Source of the DNA: a virus
Direction: 5' to 3' (one strand)
Length of the DNA: 64,000 bases
Virus record (IMG/VR): IMGVR_UViG_3300049846_001316
Span: 1 to 64,000 of that record
The notes beneath the pieces were generated by a model. That model was given only the letters and a program-made list of their open reading frames with translations. It had not been told where the DNA came from and searched no databases. Both the position numbers and the translations under genes were made by a program. This document shows, one piece after another, positions 28,678 through 39,150 of the stretch; position 1 is the stretch's first letter, and the number at the start of each line of letters is the position of its first letter.

Positions 28678-31600
28678 ATGAACGCAAGGATGAACGTCGT
28701 CCTGCGAGTCATGGCCTCGAACAAGCAGGAGATCGCTCAGATCGAGCAGGCTCTCCGCCGCGTCCAGAACGTCCAGACGAGTGCCGCCCGGACGATGGCC
28801 GCAACGAGCTCCAAGCTCGGCGGCGCCGGGGCCTTCGGTGGGTTCTTCGCCGGCATCGAGCGGGGCTTCAACTCCCTGGAGAAGTTCGGCAAGAACCTCC
28901 AGTGGACTGGTCGACAGGTCGAGTTCCGGTTCACGCTCCCCCTCGTGGCTGCCGGGCTCGCCGCGACCAAGTTCGCTCTCGACAACGAGCGGGCGATGAC
29001 CAACGTCCGCAAGGTCTACGGCGACCTGAACACCACCTCCGCCGAGACGGCCCGTGACATGAAGATCCTCAAGGGGATCTTTGAGTCGCTGTCGGAGATC
29101 TTCGGCGTTCAGCAGAAGGAAGTCATCGACATCGCCGCCGCCTGGGCTGCCGCCGGCGCGCAGGGTCCCGCACTCGCTCGAGCAACTCGAAACACCCTCG
29201 AGACGATGGTCCTCGGTGAGATGGACGCCACCGAAGCGACTCAGGCGCTGATCACGGTTCAGCAGCAGTACGGGCTCTCCACCAAGGAAGTCCGTGGAGC
29301 CCTGGCTGCCCTGAACGTCGTGGAGAACGAGTCTGCGATCCGGTTGCAGGACCTCATCGAGGGCTTCGTCCGCGGTGGTGCGAGTGCCCGGTCCGCAGGC
29401 GTGGACGTCAAGCACATGGCGGGACTCCTCGCCGTCCTTGTCCCGGCCCTCGGTTCCGGCGCCACCGCCGGTAACGCCCTCAAGACGATCTTCTCCCGGC
29501 TGCTCGCTCCGACGAAGCAGAGCGCCGACGCGCTCGCGGAAATCGGCATCAACATCGACGAGGTGAGCTGGAACTCGAAGAACGGCGCGCAGCGCCTCGA
29601 GGAAGTCGCCGGCGCCTTCCAGAAGCTCACTCCGGCGCAGCGGGCGTGGGCGTCGGCGCAGATCGCCGGTCGGTTCCACGTCGCCCGCTTCGACCAGATC
29701 ATGCGTGATGTGGTCAACACGCAGGGGGAGTACCAGAAGGCACTTCGGAACACCTCCGACGACACGAAGAACCTCGCGATCTACCAGCGTGAGCTCGGGA
29801 TCGTCTTGTCGTCGCAGCCGAAGGCGTTCGACATCCTCAAGGTCCAGCTCCAGAACGCACTCGCCAAGATCATGGTGCCGCTCATCCCGGCCATCCTGAA
29901 CGTCGCGCACGCGTTCGTGAAGTTGGTGCAGGCGTTCACGAACCTCTCGCCACACACGCAGCAGTTGGTCATGGGCTTCCTCGCCCTGCTGGCCGTCACC
30001 GGTCCGCTGTTCGCCTACATCGGTACCACGCTGACTCTGATCGGTCGCCTCGGTGCCGGCTTCTCCTTCCTCGGTCGCATCATCTTCGTCGTTGCAGGCT
30101 GGCTGTTCGGGTTCGGCAAGACCGCCGAGACGGAGGCGGCAAAGATGGCCTCCGCCGTCACCGCCGCTGCCGGACAGATGGCCTCGGCTGCCGGTGGAGT
30201 CGGACAGACGTGGACCGTCGCGATGGGCACGGTGCAGTCCTCGATCGTGAGTGTGCTCAACCAGATCCTCGCGGCCGTTCAGGCAATGGCACTCGATCTG
30301 GAACGCATCATCGCTCAGATGAGTGCTTCGATGGTTCAGAGTACCCAAGCGGCGGGCTCGATGATCGTCGAAGACTGGGCGATGGTGGCAGCCGCGGTCA
30401 CCAACATCATGGCGGGGCTTCCCGCCGAGTGGGGCACGGTCAACGCCATCATGGCGGGCCAGTCGGCCGCAGCCGCGGGCACCATGCTCGCTACGTTCTC
30501 GATGTCGGCCGCGGGCTACAAGCTCACGTTCAACATGATCCGGGCGAACCTCGAAGCACTCGCCCCCGCCGCCAAGGCCGCGTTCGCCGTCAACGCCGCA
30601 GGCGTGGTCGAGCTCGTTGCCGAGTCTGAGGCGGCGATGGCGGCGCTGCCGGTCGCGGCGAGTGCCTCGGTGGTCGAGACGCAGGCGGTCACCACCGGAG
30701 CGGTGGGTGCGATCGAAGCGTGGACCGCCGCGGTCGTCGGCCGGATCAACATGATCTTCTCCGGCATCCCGATCTTCTTCTCGATGGTGTGGAACCGGGT
30801 CCTCGCGTTCTTCGAGACGCTCATGGCGCCGTTCGCTGCCGCCGGGAGCGCGATCGGTGGCGCCATCACGTCGGCGTTCGCCACGGCATCCGAGTTCGCC
30901 GCCCTCGTGTGGGGGCGCGTCCTCACCTTCATCGAGACGCTTGCCGGCCCCTTCGCTCGTCTTGGGCAGATCCTTGGCGCCGCGATCACTTCGGCGTTCC
31001 AGATCGCCTCGGCGGTCGCCTCGGGCGTGTGGGGCCTGATCCTCACCGCCATCGCCGCCCTCCAGCCCGCCTTCTCCGCGGTCGGTGGTGCCCTCGGTGC
31101 AGGCATGGCGGCGGCGTTCGACGCGGCGGTCGTCGTGTTCTCCAACCCGGTCACCCTCATCGCCGCCGCCGTGGCCGCAGTCGCCGTGCTCGCGATCGTG
31201 TTCCGCAAGCAGCTCGCTCAGGCGTTCTCGTGGATTCCGGGCTTCTTCCACAACGTGTGGTCCGCACTGCCGAAGTCGGTGCAGGGTGCGATCCAGGCGG
31301 TCATCAACATTCTCGAGCGGGGCATGGAGATCGTCTACGACCTCCTCTCCTACCTGAACCCGTTCGCTCACCACTCGCCGTCGATCGTCGAGCAGGTCAT
31401 TGCCGGTGTCGACCTGATCGCTCGCAAGTACGCGAGTCTGAGCGGCATCGGCAACGACCTGCGTGGCGCCATCAGTGCGCTCAAGGAGTTCAACGACGCC
31501 GCCGCGATGCAGGGCCTCGACTCCAAGACGATCGAGCTCAAGCAGAACCGCACCACCGTCTCGGAGAACGCTCCGCAGATGTTGCCGGACTTCGACAAGC

Positions 31601-34600
31601 TCGCGGCAGTCCTGCCGGGGCTGCGAGCCGATCTCGCTCGGGTCAACGCCGAGTTCCAGGCGCAGGGCTCCATCGTGGCCGCACTCGAACAGGATCTCGC
31701 TCGGGTCAACGCCGAGTACGAGCAGGCCAACGCAGTGCTCGGGCAACTCGAGAAGACAGCCTCCGCTGCCCGGACTGCCCTCGACGATGCCCAGGCCGCG
31801 CTCGAAGCCACCGCCAACACTCCCATCAAGGGCATGAAGGCGATGGACGACCAGATCTTCGCCGTCACCATGCAGCAGAAGAAGCTCCGGCTCGAAATGC
31901 TGAAGATGGAGGAGGCCGGGCAGGCGATCTCCAACACGCAGGATCGACTCGCTGCGCTCAACGGCGAGCTCGAGATGCTCAACGGCAAGAAGATCGACCT
32001 CCAGATGGCGGGCGCCGGCTCGGACGTACTCGGTCCGCTCAACGACCGGATGCGCGAGCTCGAGAATCAGCGGGGCACGCTCGAGACGACCACCAACGCC
32101 TACGAGAAGCTCCAGAAGCAGCTCGATGACCTCCAGCGGCGTGCGGAGATGCTCGACCTGGAGAAGGCGCTCAAGTTCGACCCGCTCACCAAGCAGATCG
32201 AGGACTTCACCAACAAGGCGAAGGAACTGCCGTTCGAGACGATCATGGCCAACCTCCGCAAGGAGCAGGCCGAGGTCGACCGCCTCAAGAAGGTGTGGGA
32301 GGACGCGCAGAACGCCGTCGACCGGCAGCAGCAGGTGGTGGACGCACTCAAGGAGCGTCGCGACGCCGTACAGGCGACCTACGACGCCGAGAAGGAGAAG
32401 CTCGACCAGCTCGGGGCTGCGTACGACGCCCTGGAGCAGCAGATCAACGACATCACGAGTGCGCTCTCCGGGATGGCGTCGGCGGCACAGCAGGCCGCGC
32501 AGGCGGCGAAGGAAGCAGGCGGCGGTGGCGGCGGGATGCCCGGAGGCGGCGGCTCGTTCGACATCCCCGGCGGCAAGGGAGTCAAGCTCGGCAAGGAGGG
32601 CGGCAACCTCCAGTCCATCGCGGACAAGTGGGCCAAGGAAGCGTCGAAGGCGTTCGGGGACTTCAACCCGCTCAAGGACTTGCAGCAGGGCCTCAAGGAC
32701 GCGTGGCAGAGCATCGTCGACTGGTTCTCCGACGCTTGGGACTCGATCGTCGGCGTGTTCAGCGGCAAGAGCCTCAACCTCGACTGGGCCGAGATGTTCC
32801 GTCCGATCACGGACTTCCTCAAGTCCATCGGCATCGACGTGTCCGCGGTCAGCCGCACCATCGGCAGCGAACTGTCGAAGTGGGGCGACATGTTCTCGAG
32901 CCTCGGGGACACGTTCGGCAACGTGCTCTCCGACCTCAAGCCGATCTTCGACATCATCCTCGGTGCCATCAAGTTGTTCCTGATCAACTGCCGGGTCCTG
33001 TGGGAAGCAACCTGGCCGGTGTTCAAGAACACGGTCGTCGTCGTGTGGAACCTGATCCTCGGCGTCATCCAGCACGCGCTCCAGATGATCCGTGGCGTCA
33101 TCGAGGTCTTCGACGGCCTGCTCTCGGCCGACTGGCACAAGGTGTGGGACGGCATCTCCGACATCGTTGGCGGCGCGTTCAACCTCGTGGTCGACATCGT
33201 GAAGGGCACGCTCGGACTTGCCTACGGGATCATCAAGGGGATCATCGAAGGCATCATCAACGTCTTCAAGTACCTGTACGACATCCTCGTCGGGCACTCG
33301 ATCATCCCGGATCTCGTCAACGCGATCATCGACTGGTTCTACAAGCTCGCTGCCCCGGTCGAGGCGGCGTGGAACCTCGTCAGCGACATCATCACCGGCG
33401 CGGTCGAGTGGTTCACGGGTGCGGTCGAGACGGGCGTCAGCGCCGTGGTCGGCTTCATGACTTCGCTGCCGGGCAAGATCATCAGCGCGCTGGCGGGCTT
33501 CGGCTCCCTGCTCCTCGGCCTCGGCAAGGATCTTCTCGACGGGCTCCTGAACGGCATTCGCAACGGATGGACGACCGTCTCCGGCTGGCTCGGCACGATC
33601 AACCAGCTCATCATGAACGCGGTCGGCAACGTGGGTGACGCACTCGTTTCGATCGGCCGCGACCTGATCCAGGGCTTCCTCAACGGCCTCAAGTCGATGT
33701 GGGGCTCCGTCAAGGACTGGGTGAGCTCGCACTTCGAGGATCTGCTCGGCACCATCGGTGACGTGCTCGGGATCGGCTCGCCGTCGAAGAAGACCTACGA
33801 GATGGGCAACTGGCTCATGGAGGGCCTGACCAACGGAGCGAACGACGGCTACCGCCGCTCGGGTCAGCGGTTCCGTGTGCTCGGCTCCGAAGTCATGAAC
33901 CAGTTCAACGCAGGGATGCAGAGCGGCGCGCCGGTCGTCGACAAGACGTGGAACACCTTCGTGAACGGGATGCAGGTTCCCGAGGGTTGGGCCAGTGTCA
34001 ACTCGAAGAAGTACAAGGACGGCGTGAAGGAGATGACCGATGGCATGACGCAGGCCATGAACTCGGCCTTCCCCGAGATCAACAACCTGTTCTCAAGCAT
34101 CGGTGCAGACGCCGACCTCGAGGGGCTGAAGAAGACTCTCCAGGATGCGACCACCAACGTCGGTACGTTCCAGGCGGACCTGAGTCAGATCATCACCAAC
34201 GGCAACCCGATGCTCGCCCAGCAGATCGCGGCGCTCGGCCCCGAGGCCGGGGCACAGCTCGCGGCCCAACTCGTGAGCCAGGGGCCGGACGTTCAGAAGT
34301 CGTGGGAGACGATGATCGTCACCTACAACACGGCGATCGAGAAGGCCAAGGCGGACATCCGGGCAGCCGGTCCGGCGTTCGGCTTCCTGACTTCGGCGTG
34401 GGCGACGGCGGCGAACACGCAGTTCGGCACCACGATCGACTTCGCCGGGATCACCAAGGGCGAAGTGGACGCTGCTGCCATCGCCGTGGCGGCGAACCCG
34501 CACGTCGAGCAGGAGGCGTTCAAGAAGGGCGGCGCAGTCAAGGACGCCTACAAGAGTGCGCTCACCATGACCGGCGTGACGCAGGAGCAGATCGCCGGCG

Positions 34601-35709
34601 CCCAGGCGATCATGCTGGCCGACTCCACTCTGCCTGAGGGTGCGCGCACGCTGTCCGGGAGTGCGGCCGACAAGTTCCAGCAGGCGCTGATCTTGGCGGG
34701 TGCGACCCAGACCGAAGTGTCGACGGCGGCGCTCCTGTTCACGCAGGACACGAGCATCGAGACGGCTGCCGGCGGGGCCAGTCTCCGGACCAGCCTCAAG
34801 TTCCTCGAGAACCTCGGAATCGACGGTGCCACCAAGTCGAAGATCAACGCGGCTGCCGAGGAGATCAAGAACGACCCGACGCTTCCGCACGCCGGTCTGA
34901 TCAAGGGTGGCGAAGTCACCGACGAGTACCGGAACGGCCTGCTCTGGAACGGGGTCAACGAGGACCAACTGACCCTCGCTCGGGCTATCTTTGAACACGA
35001 CAACAGCCTCCCGGCGTCCGCTCGGGTCCTTTCCGGCTCGGCCACCGATCGGTACAACGAGGCGCTGAATCTGGCGGGCGTGACGACCCTCCAGATGATC
35101 GGCGCGGCCGGGGCGATCACGAACAGCAACCTTCCCGGAGAGGCGGACACCAAGGGCCACGACACCGGGTGGGCGTTCGGCACCGGCTTCGGCCGCGGCA
35201 TCGACGACTCGGCCTACATCCCGATCATCGCTGCGCAGGCGGTGGCTGACCGTGCGATCCAGGCCGCGAAGGACAAGGCCGGGATCGAGTCGCCGTCGAA
35301 GGTCATGCGCGAGGTCGGCAAGTACATGAGCCTCGGTCTGGCGCAGGGCATCACCCGCACCACGCCGGAGGCGGAGCGTGCGGCTCGGGCGCTGGCGAAC
35401 ACGATCACGACCACGCTCAAGGACGGGCTCAAGTCGAAGATCGTTCCGAACGTGCAGGTCGACCGCGTGCAGGTTCCGAAGCTGCCGACCACCTACCGGG
35501 ACGTCGCGAAGATCCCGGCCACGATCACGCCGATCGACTCTGCCGTGTCGGGCAAGAAGCGGAACGCCGCCGGCATGGCCACCTCGAGCGGAGGCTCGGG
35601 TGGTCCGACCATCATCGAGAACCACTTCCACGGCGATCTCGTGTTCCCCGAGGTCAAGGACGGCGACGACGCCGAAGCGTTCATCAAGCACCTCGAAAGG
35701 ATCTCGTAG
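28678..35709 (+). CDS. Tape measure protein (TP901-like N-terminal domain)
   Basis: 2343 aa Ala-rich helical protein; GATAGNALKTIFSRL, Trp/Phe-periodic repeats, LGIGSPSK and GIESPSKVM motifs. Confidence 0.95.
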   Translation: MNARMNVVLRVMASNKQEIAQIEQALRRVQNVQTSAARTMAATSSKLGGAGAFGGFFAGIERGFNSLEKFGKNLQWTGRQVEFRFTLPLVAAGLAATKFALDNERAMTNVRKVYGDLNTTSAETARDMKILKGIFESLSEIFGVQQKEVIDIAAAWAAAGAQGPALARATRNTLETMVLGEMDATEATQALITVQQQYGLSTKEVRGALAALNVVENESAIRLQDLIEGFVRGGASARSAGVDVKHMAGLLAVLVPALGSGATAGNALKTIFSRLLAPTKQSADALAEIGINIDEVSWNSKNGAQRLEEVAGAFQKLTPAQRAWASAQIAGRFHVARFDQIMRDVVNTQGEYQKALRNTSDDTKNLAIYQRELGIVLSSQPKAFDILKVQLQNALAKIMVPLIPAILNVAHAFVKLVQAFTNLSPHTQQLVMGFLALLAVTGPLFAYIGTTLTLIGRLGAGFSFLGRIIFVVAGWLFGFGKTAETEAAKMASAVTAAAGQMASAAGGVGQTWTVAMGTVQSSIVSVLNQILAAVQAMALDLERIIAQMSASMVQSTQAAGSMIVEDWAMVAAAVTNIMAGLPAEWGTVNAIMAGQSAAAAGTMLATFSMSAAGYKLTFNMIRANLEALAPAAKAAFAVNAAGVVELVAESEAAMAALPVAASASVVETQAVTTGAVGAIEAWTAAVVGRINMIFSGIPIFFSMVWNRVLAFFETLMAPFAAAGSAIGGAITSAFATASEFAALVWGRVLTFIETLAGPFARLGQILGAAITSAFQIASAVASGVWGLILTAIAALQPAFSAVGGALGAGMAAAFDAAVVVFSNPVTLIAAAVAAVAVLAIVFRKQLAQAFSWIPGFFHNVWSALPKSVQGAIQAVINILERGMEIVYDLLSYLNPFAHHSPSIVEQVIAGVDLIARKYASLSGIGNDLRGAISALKEFNDAAAMQGLDSKTIELKQNRTTVSENAPQMLPDFDKLAAVLPGLRADLARVNAEFQAQGSIVAALEQDLARVNAEYEQANAVLGQLEKTASAARTALDDAQAALEATANTPIKGMKAMDDQIFAVTMQQKKLRLEMLKMEEAGQAISNTQDRLAALNGELEMLNGKKIDLQMAGAGSDVLGPLNDRMRELENQRGTLETTTNAYEKLQKQLDDLQRRAEMLDLEKALKFDPLTKQIEDFTNKAKELPFETIMANLRKEQAEVDRLKKVWEDAQNAVDRQQQVVDALKERRDAVQATYDAEKEKLDQLGAAYDALEQQINDITSALSGMASAAQQAAQAAKEAGGGGGGMPGGGGSFDIPGGKGVKLGKEGGNLQSIADKWAKEASKAFGDFNPLKDLQQGLKDAWQSIVDWFSDAWDSIVGVFSGKSLNLDWAEMFRPITDFLKSIGIDVSAVSRTIGSELSKWGDMFSSLGDTFGNVLSDLKPIFDIILGAIKLFLINCRVLWEATWPVFKNTVVVVWNLILGVIQHALQMIRGVIEVFDGLLSADWHKVWDGISDIVGGAFNLVVDIVKGTLGLAYGIIKGIIEGIINVFKYLYDILVGHSIIPDLVNAIIDWFYKLAAPVEAAWNLVSDIITGAVEWFTGAVETGVSAVVGFMTSLPGKIISALAGFGSLLLGLGKDLLDGLLNGIRNGWTTVSGWLGTINQLIMNAVGNVGDALVSIGRDLIQGFLNGLKSMWGSVKDWVSSHFEDLLGTIGDVLGIGSPSKKTYEMGNWLMEGLTNGANDGYRRSGQRFRVLGSEVMNQFNAGMQSGAPVVDKTWNTFVNGMQVPEGWASVNSKKYKDGVKEMTDGMTQAMNSAFPEINNLFSSIGADADLEGLKKTLQDATTNVGTFQADLSQIITNGNPMLAQQIAALGPEAGAQLAAQLVSQGPDVQKSWETMIVTYNTAIEKAKADIRAAGPAFGFLTSAWATAANTQFGTTIDFAGITKGEVDAAAIAVAANPHVEQEAFKKGGAVKDAYKSALTMTGVTQEQIAGAQAIMLADSTLPEGARTLSGSAADKFQQALILAGATQTEVSTAALLFTQDTSIETAAGGASLRTSLKFLENLGIDGATKSKINAAAEEIKNDPTLPHAGLIKGGEVTDEYRNGLLWNGVNEDQLTLARAIFEHDNSLPASARVLSGSATDRYNEALNLAGVTTLQMIGAAGAITNSNLPGEADTKGHDTGWAFGTGFGRGIDDSAYIPIIAAQAVADRAIQAAKDKAGIESPSKVMREVGKYMSLGLAQGITRTTPEAERAARALANTITTTLKDGLKSKIVPNVQVDRVQVPKLPTTYRDVAKIPATITPIDSAVSGKKRNAAGMATSSGGSGGPTIIENHFHGDLVFPEVKDGDDAEAFIKHLERIS

Positions 35710-35712
35710 GTC

Positions 35713-38553
35713 ATGGCGATCCGCACCGGCCGGTATGGCATCAACTACACGCAGGCATCCGGTGCTCTCACGGATGTCGACGTCAACCCGGCCGACTCGA
35801 ACATGCAGATCGCGCTCGGCATGGACGGCGCGCTCGGCTACAAGGGTGCCGCACCGACGATCACGACGACCGGCATCGCCAGCTTCGCTGCGCTCGCTCG
35901 CAAGATCCAGATTGTCGACTGGGGTTCAGGTGCCGGGTACATCCTCTACGCCGATGGAGTCGTCAAGGGCATCAACGGCAAGAGCAACCCGTCCGGGACC
36001 CCGCTCACGATGGCGGCGAGCGAGGTCTGCGTCGACTTCGCGATGGACCCCACCGGGAACGGACAGGGTTACGTCCTGACCAACCGCGGCCGAGTGCGTG
36101 CCATCGGCGGCATCGCCGCTCCGACGATCCCCGACTTCGGGCTCACCCCGTACATCGGTCGAGCCATCTGGGTCAACTGGGCGGGCGGAGCTCCGTACCG
36201 GTACGTCGTGCTCGACGGCTTCGGTGCGCTGCACTTCTCGAACCCCGGCGGGCAGAAGGGCGCGACGTTCTACTCGTCGTACTGGGGTCCGGGCTCCAAG
36301 GCCGGTGGCACGAACGGGTGGGACATCGCCCGCGACGTGATCGTCTCCGACGTGGCGGGCTACTGGGAGGGCTACGTTCTCGACGGCTACGGCGGGCTGA
36401 GTCCGTTCTGGACGAGCGGCGAAGGCAAGCCGCCGAGCATCTCGACCGCAGGCGCGTACGTGACCTCGGACATCTTCCGGGTTGTACGTGAGACGTTCGA
36501 CTTCAGTCGGGTCCTCGTCGCCACCAGCGATGCTCGCTACTGGGACTACGACCGGGGCTCACCGGTCTACGAGATCACAAGCGTCACCGCTCCGACCGGA
36601 GTCCAGACCACGCGTCGCCCCACGGTCACCTGGAAGCCCGCACTCGTCGCGGGAACCGCGTCCCCTCCCGATACCGTGTTCTTCCGCGTGTTCGTGGACA
36701 CCGTGTACAACGCGGGCCAGTTCGATCCGAACGACGCGCTCAACGCGCAGTACGACAGCGGTCCGCTCTCCAAGACGCAGACACTCGGCGCCAACGCGTC
36801 GATGCAGTTGCCGGTCGACATCCCGAACGGCACGTGGAAGGTGTACGTCGCCGTCGCCAAGAGGAACACGGACGGCACCTACGAGTCGTCCGACTGGGTG
36901 GCATCACCTGAATGGTCGATTGCGGGGACGCTGCCGGTGCCGACCAACGTGACTCCCGCCGCGGGTGCGCTCGTGAACACCGACCTGCCGGGACTCGGCA
37001 TGACGCTCACCGCGGACCCGCTCGGCTCGTCGGTCGCCGGACAGTGGCAGATCGCACAGGACGCTGCCTTCACGGCGGGCCTCAAGGAGATCTCGGACCA
37101 GCTCGGGGACTTCAAGAAGAGCGGCCTCACCACGGAGCCAATCCCGCTTCCGCTCGCCCTGTCGCAGGGCACGTGGTTCATCCGCGGTCGAGAGGTCAAT
37201 CTGCTGCTCGACTCGTCCGAATGGACGACCCCGCAGAGCTTTGTCGTCTCGCACCCGCCGACGACGAACGGTCACTCGCCCTCGGGCGGACAGGCGATCC
37301 CGTACGAAGCCGGCGGGAACGTCTCGTTCCACTGGACGTTCTCGGACTCGAGTCCGGTCGACTACCAGACGGCGTACCAGATCGAGGTGCTCGAGAACGA
37401 CACCAACAACTTCGTCGCGACCTCCGGCATCGTGGACAGCACGGTCGGAGTGGGCACGGTGGTGATCCCGCCGACCGCGGCGAACATCGAGCTCAAGTGG
37501 CGCGTCCGGGTCTTCGACAGCGACAACGTGTTCGGTGACTTCTCCGACTGGAACGTGTTCAAGGTCGTCGAGTCTGCGAACCTCACGATCACGAGCCCGA
37601 GCGGTGGAGTCGACAACCCGCAGCCGACGATCACCTGGACGTACTCCGCCAGCGGACGCGTGCAGGTCGCCTTCCGGGTGGTGATCACCCGAGCGAACGA
37701 CGGCGTGGTCGTGTTCGACTCCACGCAGCTCGCCGGGTCCTCGTCGAGCTACCAACTCCCGGACCCGATCCTCGACAACAACACGCTCTACACGCTCTCG
37801 GTGACGGTCTACGACAACGGTGGACTTGCGTCGACTCAGATTGAGCAGTTCACGACTGCGTGGATTCCGCCGACGCCGGGCGGCAGCGTGACCTTCGACT
37901 CTTCGCACTACGAAGAGGAGGGGTACCTGATCATCAACTGGGACGACGCGGCGACCGATGGTGACTTCCGGGCGTGGCGGATCTACCGGGGCAACGCCGT
38001 GCAGGTGTACTCCGGCACGTCCGTGCTCGTGGATGAGATCGACAACGGTCCCTTCAACGACTACTCGGCGCCGGCGAACGATGAGGTGTTCTACGCGGTC
38101 GTGCAGGTCGCGAGTCGCTTCGGGGTTGACGTCGAGTCGGACAAGGTGTTCTACAACGTCACCCTCTCCGGGACGCACTACTGGCTCGTGTCGAACGAGC
38201 TTCCGAGTCTGTCGCTCCGACTGGCTCACGTCGTGTCGGACTCGTTCACCAACGAGCTCGAGCGCGAGAGCTACGTCATCAAGGGCCGGGGTCGCAAGGT
38301 CGACCAGGGAGTCCGGCTCGGCAAGAACGGAACCCTCACGTGCGAGTTCAACGACATCCTCGATGGACCCACGGCGCGCCAGCAGCGGCAGAAGCTCGAG
38401 CTGCTCCAAGAGCAAGCGACCGACATCTACTTGCGCAACCCGTTTGGCGATGTGTGGAAGGTGTCTCCCACTAACATCCAGGTCGAGCGCGTCGCGGGTG
38501 TGGGCGTCAAAGAGTACGCCAAGGTCACGATTCCGTACGAAGAGGTGGTCTGA
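35713..38553 (+). CDS. Distal/minor tail protein with N-terminal repeat module and FN3/Ig-like domains
   Basis: Follows the tape measure gene; GYVLDGYGGL/WDIAR repeats; QTAYQIEV and WRVRVFD FN3-like segments; IYLRNPFGD C-terminus. Confidence 0.75.
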   Translation: MAIRTGRYGINYTQASGALTDVDVNPADSNMQIALGMDGALGYKGAAPTITTTGIASFAALARKIQIVDWGSGAGYILYADGVVKGINGKSNPSGTPLTMAASEVCVDFAMDPTGNGQGYVLTNRGRVRAIGGIAAPTIPDFGLTPYIGRAIWVNWAGGAPYRYVVLDGFGALHFSNPGGQKGATFYSSYWGPGSKAGGTNGWDIARDVIVSDVAGYWEGYVLDGYGGLSPFWTSGEGKPPSISTAGAYVTSDIFRVVRETFDFSRVLVATSDARYWDYDRGSPVYEITSVTAPTGVQTTRRPTVTWKPALVAGTASPPDTVFFRVFVDTVYNAGQFDPNDALNAQYDSGPLSKTQTLGANASMQLPVDIPNGTWKVYVAVAKRNTDGTYESSDWVASPEWSIAGTLPVPTNVTPAAGALVNTDLPGLGMTLTADPLGSSVAGQWQIAQDAAFTAGLKEISDQLGDFKKSGLTTEPIPLPLALSQGTWFIRGREVNLLLDSSEWTTPQSFVVSHPPTTNGHSPSGGQAIPYEAGGNVSFHWTFSDSSPVDYQTAYQIEVLENDTNNFVATSGIVDSTVGVGTVVIPPTAANIELKWRVRVFDSDNVFGDFSDWNVFKVVESANLTITSPSGGVDNPQPTITWTYSASGRVQVAFRVVITRANDGVVVFDSTQLAGSSSSYQLPDPILDNNTLYTLSVTVYDNGGLASTQIEQFTTAWIPPTPGGSVTFDSSHYEEEGYLIINWDDAATDGDFRAWRIYRGNAVQVYSGTSVLVDEIDNGPFNDYSAPANDEVFYAVVQVASRFGVDVESDKVFYNVTLSGTHYWLVSNELPSLSLRLAHVVSDSFTNELERESYVIKGRGRKVDQGVRLGKNGTLTCEFNDILDGPTARQQRQKLELLQEQATDIYLRNPFGDVWKVSPTNIQVERVAGVGVKEYAKVTIPYEEVV

Positions 38554-38556
38554 GCA

Positions 38557-39147
38557 ATGACATTCTGGGGCGACTTCGAGCTCGAGTCCTTCCCGGTGAG
38601 CGGTGATCTTGATGGCCTCACACTCGAGGAGGCATTCCACCGCAGCCTCCACACCAACATCGGTGAGTTCCTCACTGAGATGCAGTTCGCCCTGATGGTG
38701 CCGCGTTCGTGGACGCCGGTGCTGCACACGGACGGATCTCCGGACTTCCAGCGCGGCACGGGCGGCGGTGGAGTGCGAGGCCAGTCCTGGGGGATCTACT
38801 TCCAGATGGGCAAGTGGGTGTGGGGACAGGGCACCATCCGTCTCGGAGACACGGGATGGAACAAGGGCAACGGCAACTACTACATGACGCTGCCGGTGCC
38901 GGGAGTGATGCCGCCCACGGAGATGCCCCGCATCGGAGAAGCCACCATCGGGTCCGGTGCGAACTTCAAGCACTACAACTGGGGCCTGCACATGGGCCGA
39001 GTGAACGCTCCTGACGAGACGCAATACTGCTGCTTCACCCCGGACGACGGGGTGTTCATGTGGGCGACGGGCGGGCTCTACATCCCGGACTTCACTTCCG
39101 CGGGCGGCGACATCCACACTCGCTTCGGGCCGTACCTGGCGGCGTAG
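38557..39147 (+). CDS. Minor tail protein
   Basis: SWTPVL...GIYFQMGKWV...YYMTLPV fibre-tip-like pattern. Confidence 0.6.
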   Translation: MTFWGDFELESFPVSGDLDGLTLEEAFHRSLHTNIGEFLTEMQFALMVPRSWTPVLHTDGSPDFQRGTGGGGVRGQSWGIYFQMGKWVWGQGTIRLGDTGWNKGNGNYYMTLPVPGVMPPTEMPRIGEATIGSGANFKHYNWGLHMGRVNAPDETQYCCFTPDDGVFMWATGGLYIPDFTSAGGDIHTRFGPYLAA

Positions 39148-39150
39148 CCC

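Noticed and set aside
28651-33732. Very long antisense ORFs (1693 aa here; also 36904-40818, 20183-22204, 13820-16453)
   Set aside because: Shadow frames opposite well-supported genes; expected from high-GC codon bias, with no recognisable motifs.
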